Shown: positions 1-11,004, counted from the first letter of the stretch. The stretch is DNA of 64,000 nt from Acetobacteraceae bacterium (GCA_021732665.1 JAKFUL010000006.1:37-64036); one strand, 5' to 3'. The notes: a model not told the origin generated them from the sequence alone. Program-made: numbers and translations.

Positions 1-1254
1 CGGCGCGCCGCGGGCGGCGGGGCGCAGCGGCTCGGCCACGCTGACCTCCGAACCCTGGCTCAGCCGCAACCCGCCGGAGGTGACGACCGCATCGCCCGGC
101 TCCAGGCCGCGCGTGACCACGGCCACGCTGGCCGTGATCATGCCCAGCGTCAGGTTGCGCTGCTCCACCGTGCTGTCGGCGCGCAGCAGGAAGGCATAGG
201 GGCCGTCCGGGCCGCGTTGCACGGCGGCCAGCGGGATGGTCAGCGCCTCGCGCAGGGTGCCGACCTGGATCCGGACATTGATGAAGGCGCCGGGCCAGAG
301 CAGCCGGTCCTCATTGGGGAAGCCGGCCTTGAGGCGGATGGTGCCGGTGGTCTGGTCCACCGTGTTGTCCGGCGTCAGCAACGTGCCGGTGGCGCGCACG
401 CTGCCATCGGCGGCCAGGGCCTGCACGGTGACGGTGCCGGCCCGCATCGCCGAGATCACCCGCGGCAATTCCTGCTGCGGCAGGGTGAAGAGCACCGAGA
501 TGGGCGCGAGCTGGTTGACCGTGACGATGCCGGTGGAATCACCCGCGCGGATCAGATTGCCCTGGTCGACCGAGCGGATGCCCACGCGCCCGGCGATGGG
601 CGAGCGGATGGTGGTGAAATCCACCTGCGTGCGGGCGGAGGCGATGGCTGCGTCATCGGCCATCACCTGGGCCTCGAACTGCGCGACCTGGGCGCGCTGG
701 GTGTCCAGTTGCTGGCGCGAGGCGCCGTTGCTGCGCGCGAGGTCGGCATAGCGTTGCAGGTCGAGCCGCGCATTGGCCAGCAGCGCCTGGTTCTGGGCGC
801 GCTTGGCCTCGGCCTGGGCCAGGGCGGCGGCATAGGTGCGGGGGTCGATGCGGGCGAGGATGTCGCCGGCCTGCACTTCCTGGCCCTCGGTGAAGCTGAT
901 TTCCGTCAGCACGCCTTCGACCTGGCTGCGGATGGTGATGGAGTTCAGCGCCTGCACGGTACCCAGCGCGTCGAGCAGCACGGGGATATCGGTGCGCGCC
1001 GCGGCGGCCACGGTGACGGGCACGGGGCCGCCGAAGCGCCGGCCGCCGGGGCGCGCGGTGTTCGGCGCGGGCTGCGACGCGCCCTGCCCCCCCGCTTGGC
1101 CGGTGATCTGCGGCCAATACCACCAGGCGGCGCCGCCCCCGGCCAGCAGCAGCACGAGCAGCAGCCAGGGCCAACGGCGACGGCGGCGCGGGGCCACCAC
1201 CGTGTCGCGCGGCGGTTCCAGCATCGGGCGGGGCGGCATGGGGGTGTCGGGCAT
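1..1254 (-). CDS. RND efflux periplasmic adaptor (MdtA-like), runs off window start
   Basis: Hand translation: MPDTPMPPRP...WPWLLVLLLAGGGAAWWYW membrane anchor, ALGTVQALNSITIRSQVEG, IRSPIAGRVGIRSVDQGNLI, LWPGAFINV; purine-rich RBS (GAGGAGAGAG) upstream; absent from the ORF track because its stop lies outside the window. Confidence 0.9.
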   Translation of the reverse strand, partial: MPDTPMPPRPMLEPPRDTVVAPRRRRRWPWLLLVLLLAGGGAAWWYWPQITGQAGGQGASQPAPNTARPGGRRFGGPVPVTVAAAARTDIPVLLDALGTVQALNSITIRSQVEGVLTEISFTEGQEVQAGDILARIDPRTYAAALAQAEAKRAQNQALLANARLDLQRYADLARSNGASRQQLDTQRAQVAQFEAQVMADDAAIASARTQVDFTTIRSPIAGRVGIRSVDQGNLIRAGDSTGIVTVNQLAPISVLFTLPQQELPRVISAMRAGTVTVQALAADGSVRATGTLLTPDNTVDQTTGTIRLKAGFPNEDRLLWPGAFINVRIQVGTLREALTIPLAAVQRGPDGPYAFLLRADSTVEQRNLTLGMITASVAVVTRGLEPGDAVVTSGGLRLSQGSEVSVAEPLRPAARGAP

Positions 1255-1268
1255 GGGCCTCTCTCTCC

Positions 1269-2660
1269 TCAGGCCCAGCCGCCGCCGAGCGCGCGGAACA
1301 GCCCGACCGCGGCCTGAAGCCGGGCGAGCCGCACCTGCACCAGGGCATTGCGGGCGTTGAACAGCGTCTGCTGCGTATTCAGCAAGGTGATCAGGTCGAT
1401 GGTGCCGGCGCGCAGCTGCTGCTCGCTGATGGCAAAGGCGCGTTCGGCGCTGCTTGTGGCCGCTTCCTGCAACCTCTCCTGCTCACTCGTCTCGCGCAGC
1501 GCCACGATGGCATTCTCCACATCGACCAGGGCGTCGACGATGACGCCGCGGTAGTTTTCCAGCAATTCCAGCGCCTGGGCCTCGTTCAGCCGGACCTGGG
1601 CGCGCAGCTGGCCGAGCTGGAAGATCGGCTGGGTCAGTCCGGCCGCGAGGGAATATAGCACGGAACCGGGCCTGAGCAGGTTTTCCAGCACCAGATTCTG
1701 GAAGCCGCCGGAGGTGGTGAGCGTCAGCATGGGCAATAGCGCCGCCCGCGCAGACTCCACATTGGCCTGGGCCGAGGCGAGGTTGGCCTCCGCCTGCCAG
1801 ATGTCGGGACGGCGGACCAGCACCTCCACCGGCAAACCGGGACGGGGGCTGGGCACGCGAATATCTGCCAGCGGGATGCGCGGAGGAGAAATCTCCTCCG
1901 GCACCTGGCCGGTCAGGCTTCCCAGCGAATAGGTGTTCTGCTCCGCCGATTGGCGAAAGGGCGGCACGGCGGCGCGGGCCTGCTCCACCAGCGTCTGCTG
2001 CTGCGCCACATCAAGGCCATTGGCGGTGCCGACTTCCACGCGCTGGCGCAGGATGGCCAGGATGCGCTCGGCGCTGACGAGGTTGGCCTGCTGGATGGCG
2101 AGTTGCTCGCGCGCCGCCAGCACGTTGAAATAGGTATTGGCCAGCGAGGCCTGGGTGGTGAGCAGCACCGTGCCGACCTCGAAACGCGCGGCCGAGGCGG
2201 TCTGTTCCGCGGCCTCCACGGCGCGGCGGTTGCGGCCCCAGAAATCCACCTCGTAGCTGGCCTGGAGCTGGGTCTGGAAGGTCTCGCGCTGGGTGAAGCG
2301 GGCGCGGCCGCCGATGTTCAGCGCCGTGGCGGTGGCGGTCGGCGTCTGGGTGCGGCTGGTGTTGGCGGTGAGGTTGCCGGTGGGCAGCAGCCGCTGGCCG
2401 GTGATGCGCAGATTGGCGTCGGCCTGGCGCACCCGGGCCTCGGCGGCGCGGACGTCGAAATTGCCGCCCAGCGCCTTTTCCATCAGAGCATCGAGTTCCG
2501 GCGAACCGAAGCCGCGCCACCATGTGGCGTCAGGCCAGTTCGCCGGCGCGGGTGGGGCGGCGGAGAACTGCCTGGGCAGGGCCAGGCCGGAACCGGAGCC
2601 GGGGATCATCCCGCAGCCTGCCAGGGCCACGGCCGCAAGGGCGAAAAGAGGGCTGCGCAT
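1269..2660 (-). CDS. Efflux outer-membrane lipoprotein (NodT/OprM family)
   Basis: Lipobox LAGC, WWRGFGSPELDAL, ASYEVDFWG, RRPDI, C-terminal LFRALGGGW; adjacent to adaptor gene. Confidence 0.92.
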   Translation of the reverse strand: MRSPLFALAAVALAGCGMIPGSGSGLALPRQFSAAPPAPANWPDATWWRGFGSPELDALMEKALGGNFDVRAAEARVRQADANLRITGQRLLPTGNLTANTSRTQTPTATATALNIGGRARFTQRETFQTQLQASYEVDFWGRNRRAVEAAEQTASAARFEVGTVLLTTQASLANTYFNVLAAREQLAIQQANLVSAERILAILRQRVEVGTANGLDVAQQQTLVEQARAAVPPFRQSAEQNTYSLGSLTGQVPEEISPPRIPLADIRVPSPRPGLPVEVLVRRPDIWQAEANLASAQANVESARAALLPMLTLTTSGGFQNLVLENLLRPGSVLYSLAAGLTQPIFQLGQLRAQVRLNEAQALELLENYRGVIVDALVDVENAIVALRETSEQERLQEAATSSAERAFAISEQQLRAGTIDLITLLNTQQTLFNARNALVQVRLARLQAAVGLFRALGGGWA

Positions 2661-2730
2661 CGTCACGCCCCCTCATAGGCCAAGTCAGCCTCCGCTGGGC
2701 AGCCGCTGTTACCTTTTGACAAGCCCATGC

Positions 2731-3960
2731 TCAGCGGGTGGCGGTTTGCAGGAAGCGCAGCAGGGCGGCGAGGTCGGAGGGCTCGCTCAGGCGCTGCACC
2801 GGCATGCGGGTGCCCGGCGTCACCACATCGGGGCCGCGGGTGAAGAGGTCCGCCACCGTCTCCTCCGTCCAGATGATGTCGCCCTGGGCCAGGCGGGGGG
2901 AATAGGCATAGCCGGCCAGGCTGCCCATGCGGCGGCCGAAAATCCCATGCAGGCTGGGGCCGGCCATGGGCGGGGCCTCGGCGGTCAGCGCATGGCAGGC
3001 CTGGCAGGCGCGGAAGACGCGGGCACCGTCAGGGTCCGCATCCTCGGGGATGGCGGCGGTTGTGGCGGCACTTTCGCTCAGAGGTCGGCCGGTGGTGGAG
3101 TTCCAGCGGCGGATGCGGCCATCGGCGCCGCCGGTCCACAGGTTGCCATCGGGGGCGAAGCCCAGGGCCCAGACCGGCAGGCCGGGGCCGTCCAGCCCGC
3201 GCAGCAGGCGATGGGCGGCGGTGTCCCACAACCCCACAGCGCCGCCGGGGCCGGCGGCGGCCAGCAGCGTGCCGCGCGCCGCCAGCGCCACCACGGGGCG
3301 CGGGCCGGTGGCCAGGGTGGCGGGGCGGCTGCCCAGGATATGGATGCGGCCATCGGCGCCGGCGGCGGCGAGAGCGCCCTGGAAGACGGCGAGCGCCAGG
3401 ATGGGGCCGCCATGCTCGGCCAGCACGCGGCCCTCCGGCCAGCGCCGCAGCGTGCCATCCTGCCCGGCGCTGACCAGGCCACGGTCGGAAAAAGCCAGCG
3501 CGGTGACAGGGCCGCGATGGCCCTCATGCACGGTGACGCCGCCATTGCCGTCCCACACCCGCACCGTGGCGTCGAAGCCGCCCGAGGCGATGGAGCGGCC
3601 ATCGCTGGCCAGCGCGGTGACGGGACCTTCATGGCCGGTCAGCACCATGTCGGGCTCGGGGCCGCCCATGGGCGGCCAGATGGCGATACGGCCATCCTCC
3701 GCCCCGCTGGCGAAGCCGGCGCCGGGGATGGCGATCAGCGCCTCCACCGCGCCCTGGTGCCAGCGCGCGACATGGCGCGCGCGGCCATCGAGGCCCCAGA
3801 AGATGATGGATTGGTCCAGCCCGCCCGAGGCCGCGGCCGCCTCGCCCACCGCCAGCGCGCGGACGGGGCCGCCATGCCCCACCGGCTCCGCCTGGGGCTG
3901 CGCGAAGGCGGGCCAGGCCAGCAGCAGACCCAGGAGGGCCGCGCGGATCACAGCCGGCAC
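2731..3960 (-). CDS. WD40 beta-propeller fused to a C-terminal c-type cytochrome
   Basis: Signal peptide, repeated GH...SGG.DG.(I/V)R.W WD40 motifs, heme motif CQACH, GPSLHGIFGR, PGTRM; start uncertain (3951 or 3960). Confidence 0.85.
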   Translation of the reverse strand: MPAVIRAALLGLLLAWPAFAQPQAEPVGHGGPVRALAVGEAAAASGGLDQSIIFWGLDGRARHVARWHQGAVEALIAIPGAGFASGAEDGRIAIWPPMGGPEPDMVLTGHEGPVTALASDGRSIASGGFDATVRVWDGNGGVTVHEGHRGPVTALAFSDRGLVSAGQDGTLRRWPEGRVLAEHGGPILALAVFQGALAAAGADGRIHILGSRPATLATGPRPVVALAARGTLLAAAGPGGAVGLWDTAAHRLLRGLDGPGLPVWALGFAPDGNLWTGGADGRIRRWNSTTGRPLSESAATTAAIPEDADPDGARVFRACQACHALTAEAPPMAGPSLHGIFGRRMGSLAGYAYSPRLAQGDIIWTEETVADLFTRGPDVVTPGTRMPVQRLSEPSDLAALLRFLQTATR

Positions 3961-5078
3961 ATCAGCTCCGCCAGCGTGGCGCCGCGCGGGGCCAGGTCGC
4001 GCCAGCGGATATGCTCGTCGGGGGCGTGCGCGCCGTGGCCGGTGCAGCCCAGCCCGTCCAGCGTCGGGATGCCCATGGCGGCGGTGAAGTTGCCGTCGGA
4101 GCCGCCGCCGCGGTGCTGCTTGGGCAGGTCATAGCCGTAACCGGCGGCGATGCTTTTTGCTTGCGCGTAGAGGCCGAGGCCGCCTTCGCTTTCGACCATC
4201 GGCGGGCGGTTCAAACCGCCTTCGACGGTGATGGTCACACCATCATGCTCGCCGGCCAAAGCGCGGATGGCGGCGATGATTTCCGGCGCCTGCTCGGCCT
4301 CGGCAACCCGAAAATCCACGCGGCAGCCGGCATCGGGCGGGATGACGTTGGGCCGGGTGCCGCCCCAGATCGGCGCGACATTGGTGGTGATGCCGCGCTC
4401 CAGATCGGTCATGGCATGGATAGCCAGGATGATCTTTGCCAGGGCCACGACGGCGCTTTTGCCCTCGGTCCAGTTGCCGCCGGCATGGGCGGATTTGCCG
4501 CGGGCGGTGATGGTGAAGCCGCCGGTGCCTTTTCGCGCCGTGACGACGCAGCCGCTGGGGCCGCCGGCCGGTTCGGGGATCAGCACAGCGGCGGCGCGCG
4601 CCGCCTCGGCCTCGATGATGGCGCGCGAGGTCGGGCTGCCGACCTCCTCATCGGGGGTCAGCAGCAGGGTGATCGGGCGGTTGGTGGTGATGCCCTGGCG
4701 CAGGATTTCCCGCAGCGCATGGAAGGCGAGGAAGGACCCCGCCTTCATGTCGTAGATCCCCGGGCCATAGGCGCGCTCGCCATCCACGCGAAAGGGCATG
4801 TCCTTCTGCAACTGGCCATGGTCCCACACCGTGTCCAGGTGCCCCGAGACCAGCACCGGCGCATTGCCGGTGCCAGTGTTGGTCCGCGCGATCAGCGTAT
4901 CACCGCGGCCGCTATGGCCCGGCACGCGCTCGATGGTCGCCCCCGCCGCGCGCAGATCCGATTCGGCCAGATCCACCAGCCGGTTCACCGCCGCCGGGTC
5001 GGCGCTGGGGGTTTCGATCTCCACCCATGTCCGCAGTTCCTCAAGCAGGGCTTCGCTGCTGGGCATGACGATGGGCAT
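3948..5078 (-). CDS. M20 family metallopeptidase (glutamate carboxypeptidase-like)
   Basis: GHLDTV, GPGIYDMKAG, PDEEVGS, GGSDGN, GAHAPDEH motifs. Confidence 0.88.
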   Translation of the reverse strand: MPIVMPSSEALLEELRTWVEIETPSADPAAVNRLVDLAESDLRAAGATIERVPGHSGRGDTLIARTNTGTGNAPVLVSGHLDTVWDHGQLQKDMPFRVDGERAYGPGIYDMKAGSFLAFHALREILRQGITTNRPITLLLTPDEEVGSPTSRAIIEAEAARAAAVLIPEPAGGPSGCVVTARKGTGGFTITARGKSAHAGGNWTEGKSAVVALAKIILAIHAMTDLERGITTNVAPIWGGTRPNVIPPDAGCRVDFRVAEAEQAPEIIAAIRALAGEHDGVTITVEGGLNRPPMVESEGGLGLYAQAKSIAAGYGYDLPKQHRGGGSDGNFTAAMGIPTLDGLGCTGHGAHAPDEHIRWRDLAPRGATLAELMCRL

Positions 5079-5093
5079 GGGCACAAAAATCCT

Positions 5094-6122
5094 TCAGAAG
5101 CGGGCAGCCAGGTTGATGCTGCCGAATTGCGTGACGCCGCCACGCTGCCCGTAGAATTCCTCCGAGCGCAAGACATGGGTGTAGGACAGGCGGTAGCTGC
5201 CCCAGAACGCCGCCACGCCGGCCTGGGCATCGGCCACGAAGGGCCGGCTGTCCACCCGCCTGCTATCGCGCCAGGTGTTGCCGTCGAGGGCGATGTCGCG
5301 CCCCACCGCGCGGCCCTCCAGGCCCGCGAAGACATACCAGCCCCAATCGCGGCCATTGCGGTTGGCTTCGGGCTGGAAGTAGTTGCTGCCGGCCAGCGCC
5401 GGGCGGATGCGGCCAGGGCCGAAATCGGCCAGCAGCCCCTGCCCCATCCGCAGCGTGCCACCCAGCGCGCCGTAGATGTTGCCATTGCCCAGCGAGACCG
5501 AGACCGAGGGCAGCGCCTCGAACTGCAAGGTGCCGATGGGCAGGCGCCATTTGCGTTCGGCCACGAGGTTGATCACCACCTCGTCGCGCAGCTGGGTGGA
5601 CCAGCCATAGGCGCGGTCGACACCGATCAGGCGATGGAAGCCGTTCTGCACCTGGCGGCCCAGCGCCGAGGGGCCGACCACGCCGCCCTGCAACTCGATC
5701 ACCGTCAGCCGCTGCTCGCTGGCGCGGCTGAGCGAGACGGAGCCGAAGAGATTGGCGGAATAGGGCCGGTCATTCGGGTCGGGGTTGCGCCTGCTGGTGT
5801 CGAGCGGCGTGAACAGCGTCTGGCCGATGGCCAGGCCCCAGCGCAGATCGCCCGGACCCATGAGGTAGCCGAGCTGGCGGTCCAGCCAGGCCAGCGGCCG
5901 CGGCAGCTCGGCCGAGGGGCTGCGCCAGCTCGCCTGCAAGCCATTCGTGTAGTTCCTGTCGCTGCCATTGCGGGCGAAGACGTCGTTCTCGATGGCGAGC
6001 GAAAGGGTGCCGCGCCAATCCGGCGGCGGCGCGCGGTCGGTGCCGGCATCGAGGCGCACGGGCTGCGCGAGTGCCAGCCCCGGCAGCAGGGCCAGGGTGG
6101 CGAGAAGGGTGTTGCGACGCAT
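5094..6122 (-). CDS. lpxR: LpxR family lipid A deacylase (outer-membrane barrel)
   Basis: ENDVF...DRNYTNG, GQTLFTP, DRPYSA, QNGFH, C-terminal Phe. Confidence 0.8.
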   Translation of the reverse strand: MRRNTLLATLALLPGLALAQPVRLDAGTDRAPPPDWRGTLSLAIENDVFARNGSDRNYTNGLQASWRSPSAELPRPLAWLDRQLGYLMGPGDLRWGLAIGQTLFTPLDTSRRNPDPNDRPYSANLFGSVSLSRASEQRLTVIELQGGVVGPSALGRQVQNGFHRLIGVDRAYGWSTQLRDEVVINLVAERKWRLPIGTLQFEALPSVSVSLGNGNIYGALGGTLRMGQGLLADFGPGRIRPALAGSNYFQPEANRNGRDWGWYVFAGLEGRAVGRDIALDGNTWRDSRRVDSRPFVADAQAGVAAFWGSYRLSYTHVLRSEEFYGQRGGVTQFGSINLAARF

Positions 6123-6236
6123 GGGATGGCTCTCTTCCGGACAGCCCCTCAACGCCCGGCAGAAGCTTTCGTTGCCGACCGTTTCAACCCTTGCCTTTCT
6201 GGACTACACCGGGCGGACCAGACAGGGGACCAGCCG

Positions 6237-6647
6237 ATGTTCTTCGATGAGCTTTCCGTGGGCCAGAGCGCCAGCTTCGGCAAGACGATCGGCGAGGCCG
6301 ATATCCTGATGTTCGCCGCCGTCAGCGGTGACACCAACCCCGTGCATATCAATGCCGAGGTGGCGGCGGCCTCGATGTTCAAGGAGCGCATCGCGCATGG
6401 GATGCTCTCGGCCGGGCTGATCTCGGCCGTGCTGGGCACGCGGCTGCCGGGGGAGGGCTCCATCTACCTCTCGCAGACGCTGAAATTCCGCGCGCCGGTG
6501 AAGATCGGCGACACGGTGACGGCGCGGGTCGAGATCACCGCGCTCGATCCGGCGAAGAACCGCGTCACGCTCTCCACCATCTGCACCGTGGCCGGCAAGA
6601 CGGTGATCGAGGGCGAGGCCGTGGTCATGGTGCCCGGGCGGGGCTGA
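6237..6647 (+). CDS. MaoC family (R)-enoyl-CoA hydratase (PhaJ-like)
   Basis: FAAVSGDTNPVH, RIAHGML, FRAPVKIGDTV; 3' part of ORF 4011..6647 with its own ATG and RBS. Confidence 0.88.
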   Translation: MFFDELSVGQSASFGKTIGEADILMFAAVSGDTNPVHINAEVAAASMFKERIAHGMLSAGLISAVLGTRLPGEGSIYLSQTLKFRAPVKIGDTVTARVEITALDPAKNRVTLSTICTVAGKTVIEGEAVVMVPGRG

Positions 6648-6653
6648 GCGGCG

Positions 6654-7229
6654 ATGTTGTCGATCTGCGTCTTCTGCGGTGCCTCCTCGGGCGTGGACCC
6701 CGCGCATGCGGCATTGGCCAGGGCGCTGGGTGCGGAGATGGGCCGGCGTGGCATTCGCCTGGTCTATGGCGGCGGCCGGGCCGGGCTGATGGGGGTGGTG
6801 GCCGACGCGGCGCTGGCGGCGGGCGCCGAGGTCTGGGGCGTGATCCCGCGCGCGTTGCAGGAGCGCGAGTTGCAGCATCTCGGCATCACCCGGCTTTCGG
6901 TGGTGGAGGACATGCACACCCGCAAGGCGCAGATGAACGAATGGTCGGATGGTTTCGTGGTGCTCCCGGGCGGCATCGGCACCCTGGAGGAGGCGGTGGA
7001 GATCCAGTCCTGGTCGCAGCTGGGCTTTCACCGCAAGGGGATCGTCTATCTGGATGAGGACGGGTTCTGGGACCCGCTTTTCGGCATGACGCAGCGCATG
7101 GTGGAGGGCGGCTTTCTGCGCCCCGCGCATCGTGACATCGCCATTCGCGCCCATTCGCCCGCCGCGGCGCTGGATGCGCTGGCGGCCTGGAAGCCGGATT
7201 TCGAGCTGCGCCTGGCGCCGCTGCCGTGA
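6654..7229 (+). CDS. LOG family (TIGR00730-type) nucleotide phosphoribohydrolase
   Basis: CVFCGAS, LVYGGG, MHTRK, PGGIGTLEE. Confidence 0.9.
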   Translation: MLSICVFCGASSGVDPAHAALARALGAEMGRRGIRLVYGGGRAGLMGVVADAALAAGAEVWGVIPRALQERELQHLGITRLSVVEDMHTRKAQMNEWSDGFVVLPGGIGTLEEAVEIQSWSQLGFHRKGIVYLDEDGFWDPLFGMTQRMVEGGFLRPAHRDIAIRAHSPAAALDALAAWKPDFELRLAPLP

Positions 7230-8146
7230 GGGTCTTTGCCGAATTGACCGCCCTGCCGGCCGATGCCCGCGGCGCCACCGTGGCGCTGGGCAATTTCGAC
7301 GGGGTGCATCTGGGACATCTGGCGGTGCTGCGCGCCGCGCATCAGGCCAGGCCCGACCTGCCGCTGGCGGCCCTGACCTTCGAGCCGCATCCGCGCGAAT
7401 ATTTCCGGCCCGAGGACCCGCCCTTCCGCCTGACCCTGCTGCCGGCCAAGGCGGAAGCGCTGGCGGCGGCGGGGGCCTCCACCTGCTACGCCCTGCCCTT
7501 CGGCGAGGCCTGGGCGCAAATGCCGCACGAGGCTTTCTTCGAGGCGCTGCTGCGCGACGGCATCGGCGCCAAACACCTGGCCTGCGGCCCGGATTTTGCC
7601 TTCGGCCACCGCCGCGGCGGCACGCTGGACTGGCTGCGCACGGCCTGCGAGGCGGCGGGAATCGGCCTCTCGGTGGTGCCGCAGCGCAGCGACGCGCAAG
7701 GGGTGATCAGCAGCACGCGCATCCGGCGCGAATTGCAGGGTGGCTACCCCGAGCGCGCCGCCGCGATGCTGGGCCGGCCCTTCGCCGTGGTCGGTCAGGT
7801 GATCCATGGCGATGCCCGCGGCCGCACCCTGGGCTTCCCCACCGCCAATGTCGCGCTGGGGCGGCATGTCGAGCCGGCGCGCGGCGTTTATGCCGTGCGG
7901 GCGCGGCTGGAAAACGGACAGGGGGTGGCAGGGGTGGCCAATCTGGGCCGCCGGCCGACGCTGGGCGGCGACCCGGTCTCGCGGTTGGAAACCCACCTGT
8001 TTGACTACTCGGGCGATCTCTACGGGCAGGTCATCAGCGTGGCGCTGCTGCACTTCATCCGGGAGGAGAAACGCTTTTCCGGGTTGGATGAGCTGCGCGC
8101 GCAAATCGCGGCGGATAGCGACACGGCGCGGCGGCTGCTGGGGTAG
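7226..8146 (+). CDS. ribF: Bifunctional riboflavin kinase/FAD synthetase
   Basis: GNFDGVHLGH, TFEPHP, ISSTRIR, GRTLGFPTAN, LETHLFD. Confidence 0.95.
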   Translation: MRVFAELTALPADARGATVALGNFDGVHLGHLAVLRAAHQARPDLPLAALTFEPHPREYFRPEDPPFRLTLLPAKAEALAAAGASTCYALPFGEAWAQMPHEAFFEALLRDGIGAKHLACGPDFAFGHRRGGTLDWLRTACEAAGIGLSVVPQRSDAQGVISSTRIRRELQGGYPERAAAMLGRPFAVVGQVIHGDARGRTLGFPTANVALGRHVEPARGVYAVRARLENGQGVAGVANLGRRPTLGGDPVSRLETHLFDYSGDLYGQVISVALLHFIREEKRFSGLDELRAQIAADSDTARRLLG

Positions 8147-8176
8147 CGCTTCCGGCGCTGGGAAGGGGGGGTCGCA

Positions 8177-8923
8177 TCAGGGCGACGTGCGCGGCCCCGC
8201 CATGCGCTCCAGCTCCGCCATGATTTCGGTCATCGCCAGCACAAAGACCTCGCGCTGGCGGCCGTTCACCACGCCGTCGAGGTCGAAGCCGGTCATCGCC
8301 GCCATCACCGGCGCCATGCCGGGATTGGCCAGCGCCGTGGTCAGGCCCACCAGCCGGCCCTGGGCATCCACCACCGGGCCGCCGGAAAAACCCATCAGCG
8401 CGCCCATCTCCGCCGTGAAGCCGGGGCCGAAGCTTCGCATGCGCACGGCCTCGCGCCGCACCCGGCCCTCGGCGATGGCGCGGCCCAGGCCTTGCGGCCC
8501 GACGGCCCAGAGGCGTTCGCCGCGGCCGGGCTCGTCTCCGGCGATCAGGGCGGGGTGGAGCAGGCCGTGCGGAGCGCGCAGCATGGCGAGGTCCATGCGC
8601 GGCGAGGTGGCGAGGATCTGGGCCGGCATCGCCTCACCGCCATCGGCGCGGCGCATGTCCAGCCGCTGCCCGGCCTGCCGCAGGACATGGGCGTTGGTGA
8701 TCAGCACCGTGCCGCCACAGGCCGCGCAGGGTACCGCCACCGCGGCGCCGATGGTGACGCCGTGTGCCTGCAGGCTGACCAGGCTGTCACGCGCGATCGA
8801 ACGCGCCGGAGTTCCCGCCGCCTGATCCACCGGCAATCCAGCACAACCACCGATAGCAACCAAAAGCACAATAGCGCCAAAAAAGAAAGGCTTCCCGTAA
8901 CTGGTAAAGGCGCGAGACGACAT
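8177..8923 (-). CDS. Trypsin-like serine protease, probable lipoprotein
   Basis: TNAHV, DLA and GFSGGP triad motifs; hydrophobic N-terminus ending IGGC. Confidence 0.75.
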   Translation of the reverse strand: MSSRAFTSYGKPFFFGAIVLLVAIGGCAGLPVDQAAGTPARSIARDSLVSLQAHGVTIGAAVAVPCAACGGTVLITNAHVLRQAGQRLDMRRADGGEAMPAQILATSPRMDLAMLRAPHGLLHPALIAGDEPGRGERLWAVGPQGLGRAIAEGRVRREAVRMRSFGPGFTAEMGALMGFSGGPVVDAQGRLVGLTTALANPGMAPVMAAMTGFDLDGVVNGRQREVFVLAMTEIMAELERMAGPRTSP

Positions 8924-9019
8924 GCGGTGTTTCCTCGGCGGCGGCGATCCCTGCCGGCATCATCCGCTTCGAAACACAACAAATCCTTGATCGTTTCCCG
9001 GAATTGTCGGTGGATGGAT

Positions 9020-9463
9020 TCACCGCCGCCGAGAGAAGAAGTCCCGCAGCAGCCCCGCGCATTCGCCCTCGCGCAAACCGCCCACCACTTCGGGCGCGTG
9101 GTTGCACTGGGGGTGGCTGAAGACGCGGGCGCCATGCTCCACGCCCCCGCCCTTGGGGTCATAGGCCCCGAAGATCACGCGCCCGATGCGAAACAGCGAA
9201 GCCGCCTGGGCGCACATCGCGCAGGGTTCCAGCGTCACCGTCAGGGTGCATCCCGTCAGGTGCTTGTCGCCCAGCACCGCCGCCGCCGCGCGCATGGCCA
9301 GGATTTCGGCATGGGCCGAGGGGTCGGCACGCGCCTCCACCTCGTTGCCGGCCTGGGCCAGCACCGCCCCTTGCGCGTCGGTCACCACCGCGCCCACCGG
9401 CACCTCGCCACGCGCCGCCGCCCGCGCGGCCTGCGAAAGGGCCAGGTCCATCGCTGTCGCCAT
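9020..9463 (-). CDS. tadA: tRNA adenosine(34) deaminase
   Basis: GEVPVGAV, HAEI, TLEPCAMC, DPKGG, C-terminal FFSRRR. Confidence 0.88.
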   Translation of the reverse strand: MATAMDLALSQAARAAARGEVPVGAVVTDAQGAVLAQAGNEVEARADPSAHAEILAMRAAAAVLGDKHLTGCTLTVTLEPCAMCAQAASLFRIGRVIFGAYDPKGGGVEHGARVFSHPQCNHAPEVVGGLREGECAGLLRDFFSRRR

Positions 9464-9506
9464 GGCGCAACTTGCGGCCTGGGGCCGCAACAGTCTAGCA
9501 AGGGTC

Positions 9507-10215
9507 ATGCGCAAAACCCCCGTCATCGGCCTGACCCTGGATGCCGAGGAACCCGGCGGCTATTCCAAATTCCCCTGGTACGCCCTGCGGCGCAACTATT
9601 TCGCGAGTGTGCGCGAGGCGGGCGGCCTGCCCATCGCCCTGCCGCATGATGCCGCCGCGGCGGGGGAATATCTCGCGCTATGCGACGGCATCCTGGTGAC
9701 GGGCGGCGCCTTCGACGTGGACCCGGCGCTGTATGGCGACGCGGCGATGCACGAGACGGTGGTGCTCAAACCCTCCCGCACCGATTTCGAGCTGGCCATC
9801 ACCCGCGCGGCGCTGGCCGCCGAAAAACCCGTGCTGGGCATTTGCGGCGGCGAGCAATTGCTGGCCGTGGCCTTTGGCGGCAGCCTGATCCAGCATATCC
9901 CCGACAGCGTGCCCGATGCCCTGGCGCATGAGCAGCCCAACCCGCGCGACCAGCCCGGGCATGACGTGGCGATCACGCCCGGCACCCTGCTGGCGCGCAT
10001 TGTGGGAGCGGCCTCGATGGCGGTGAATTCGGCGCATCATCAGGCGGTGGCCAGCCCCGGCCCCGGGGCGGTGGTGAACGCGCTCGCCCCGGACGGGGTG
10101 ATCGAGGGCATCGAACACCCCGCCCACCGTTTCGCGCTCGGCGTGCAATGGCACCCCGAATTCAAGGTCGATGCCCAGGACATCGCCATCCTGCGCGCCT
10201 TCGTGGATGCGGCCC

Positions 10216-10223
<8 letters not shown>
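9507..10223 (+). CDS. Peptidase C26 / gamma-glutamyl-GABA hydrolase family (PuuD-like)
   Basis: GICGG nucleophile elbow, VNSAHHQAV, GVQWHPE. Confidence 0.88.

Positions 10224-11000
<777 letters not shown>

Positions 11001-11004
<4 letters not shown>

Noticed and set aside
4011-6647. Apparent long fusion proteins (878 aa ending in MaoC; likewise 21095..23665, 59606..62212, 59260..60960)
   Set aside because: Upstream parts are antisense to, or out of frame with, real genes; the true CDSs start at internal codons
8830-9019. Lower-GC stretch at the protease 5' end as a foreign insertion
   Set aside because: Explained by a signal-peptide coding region plus promoter; no mobility signature
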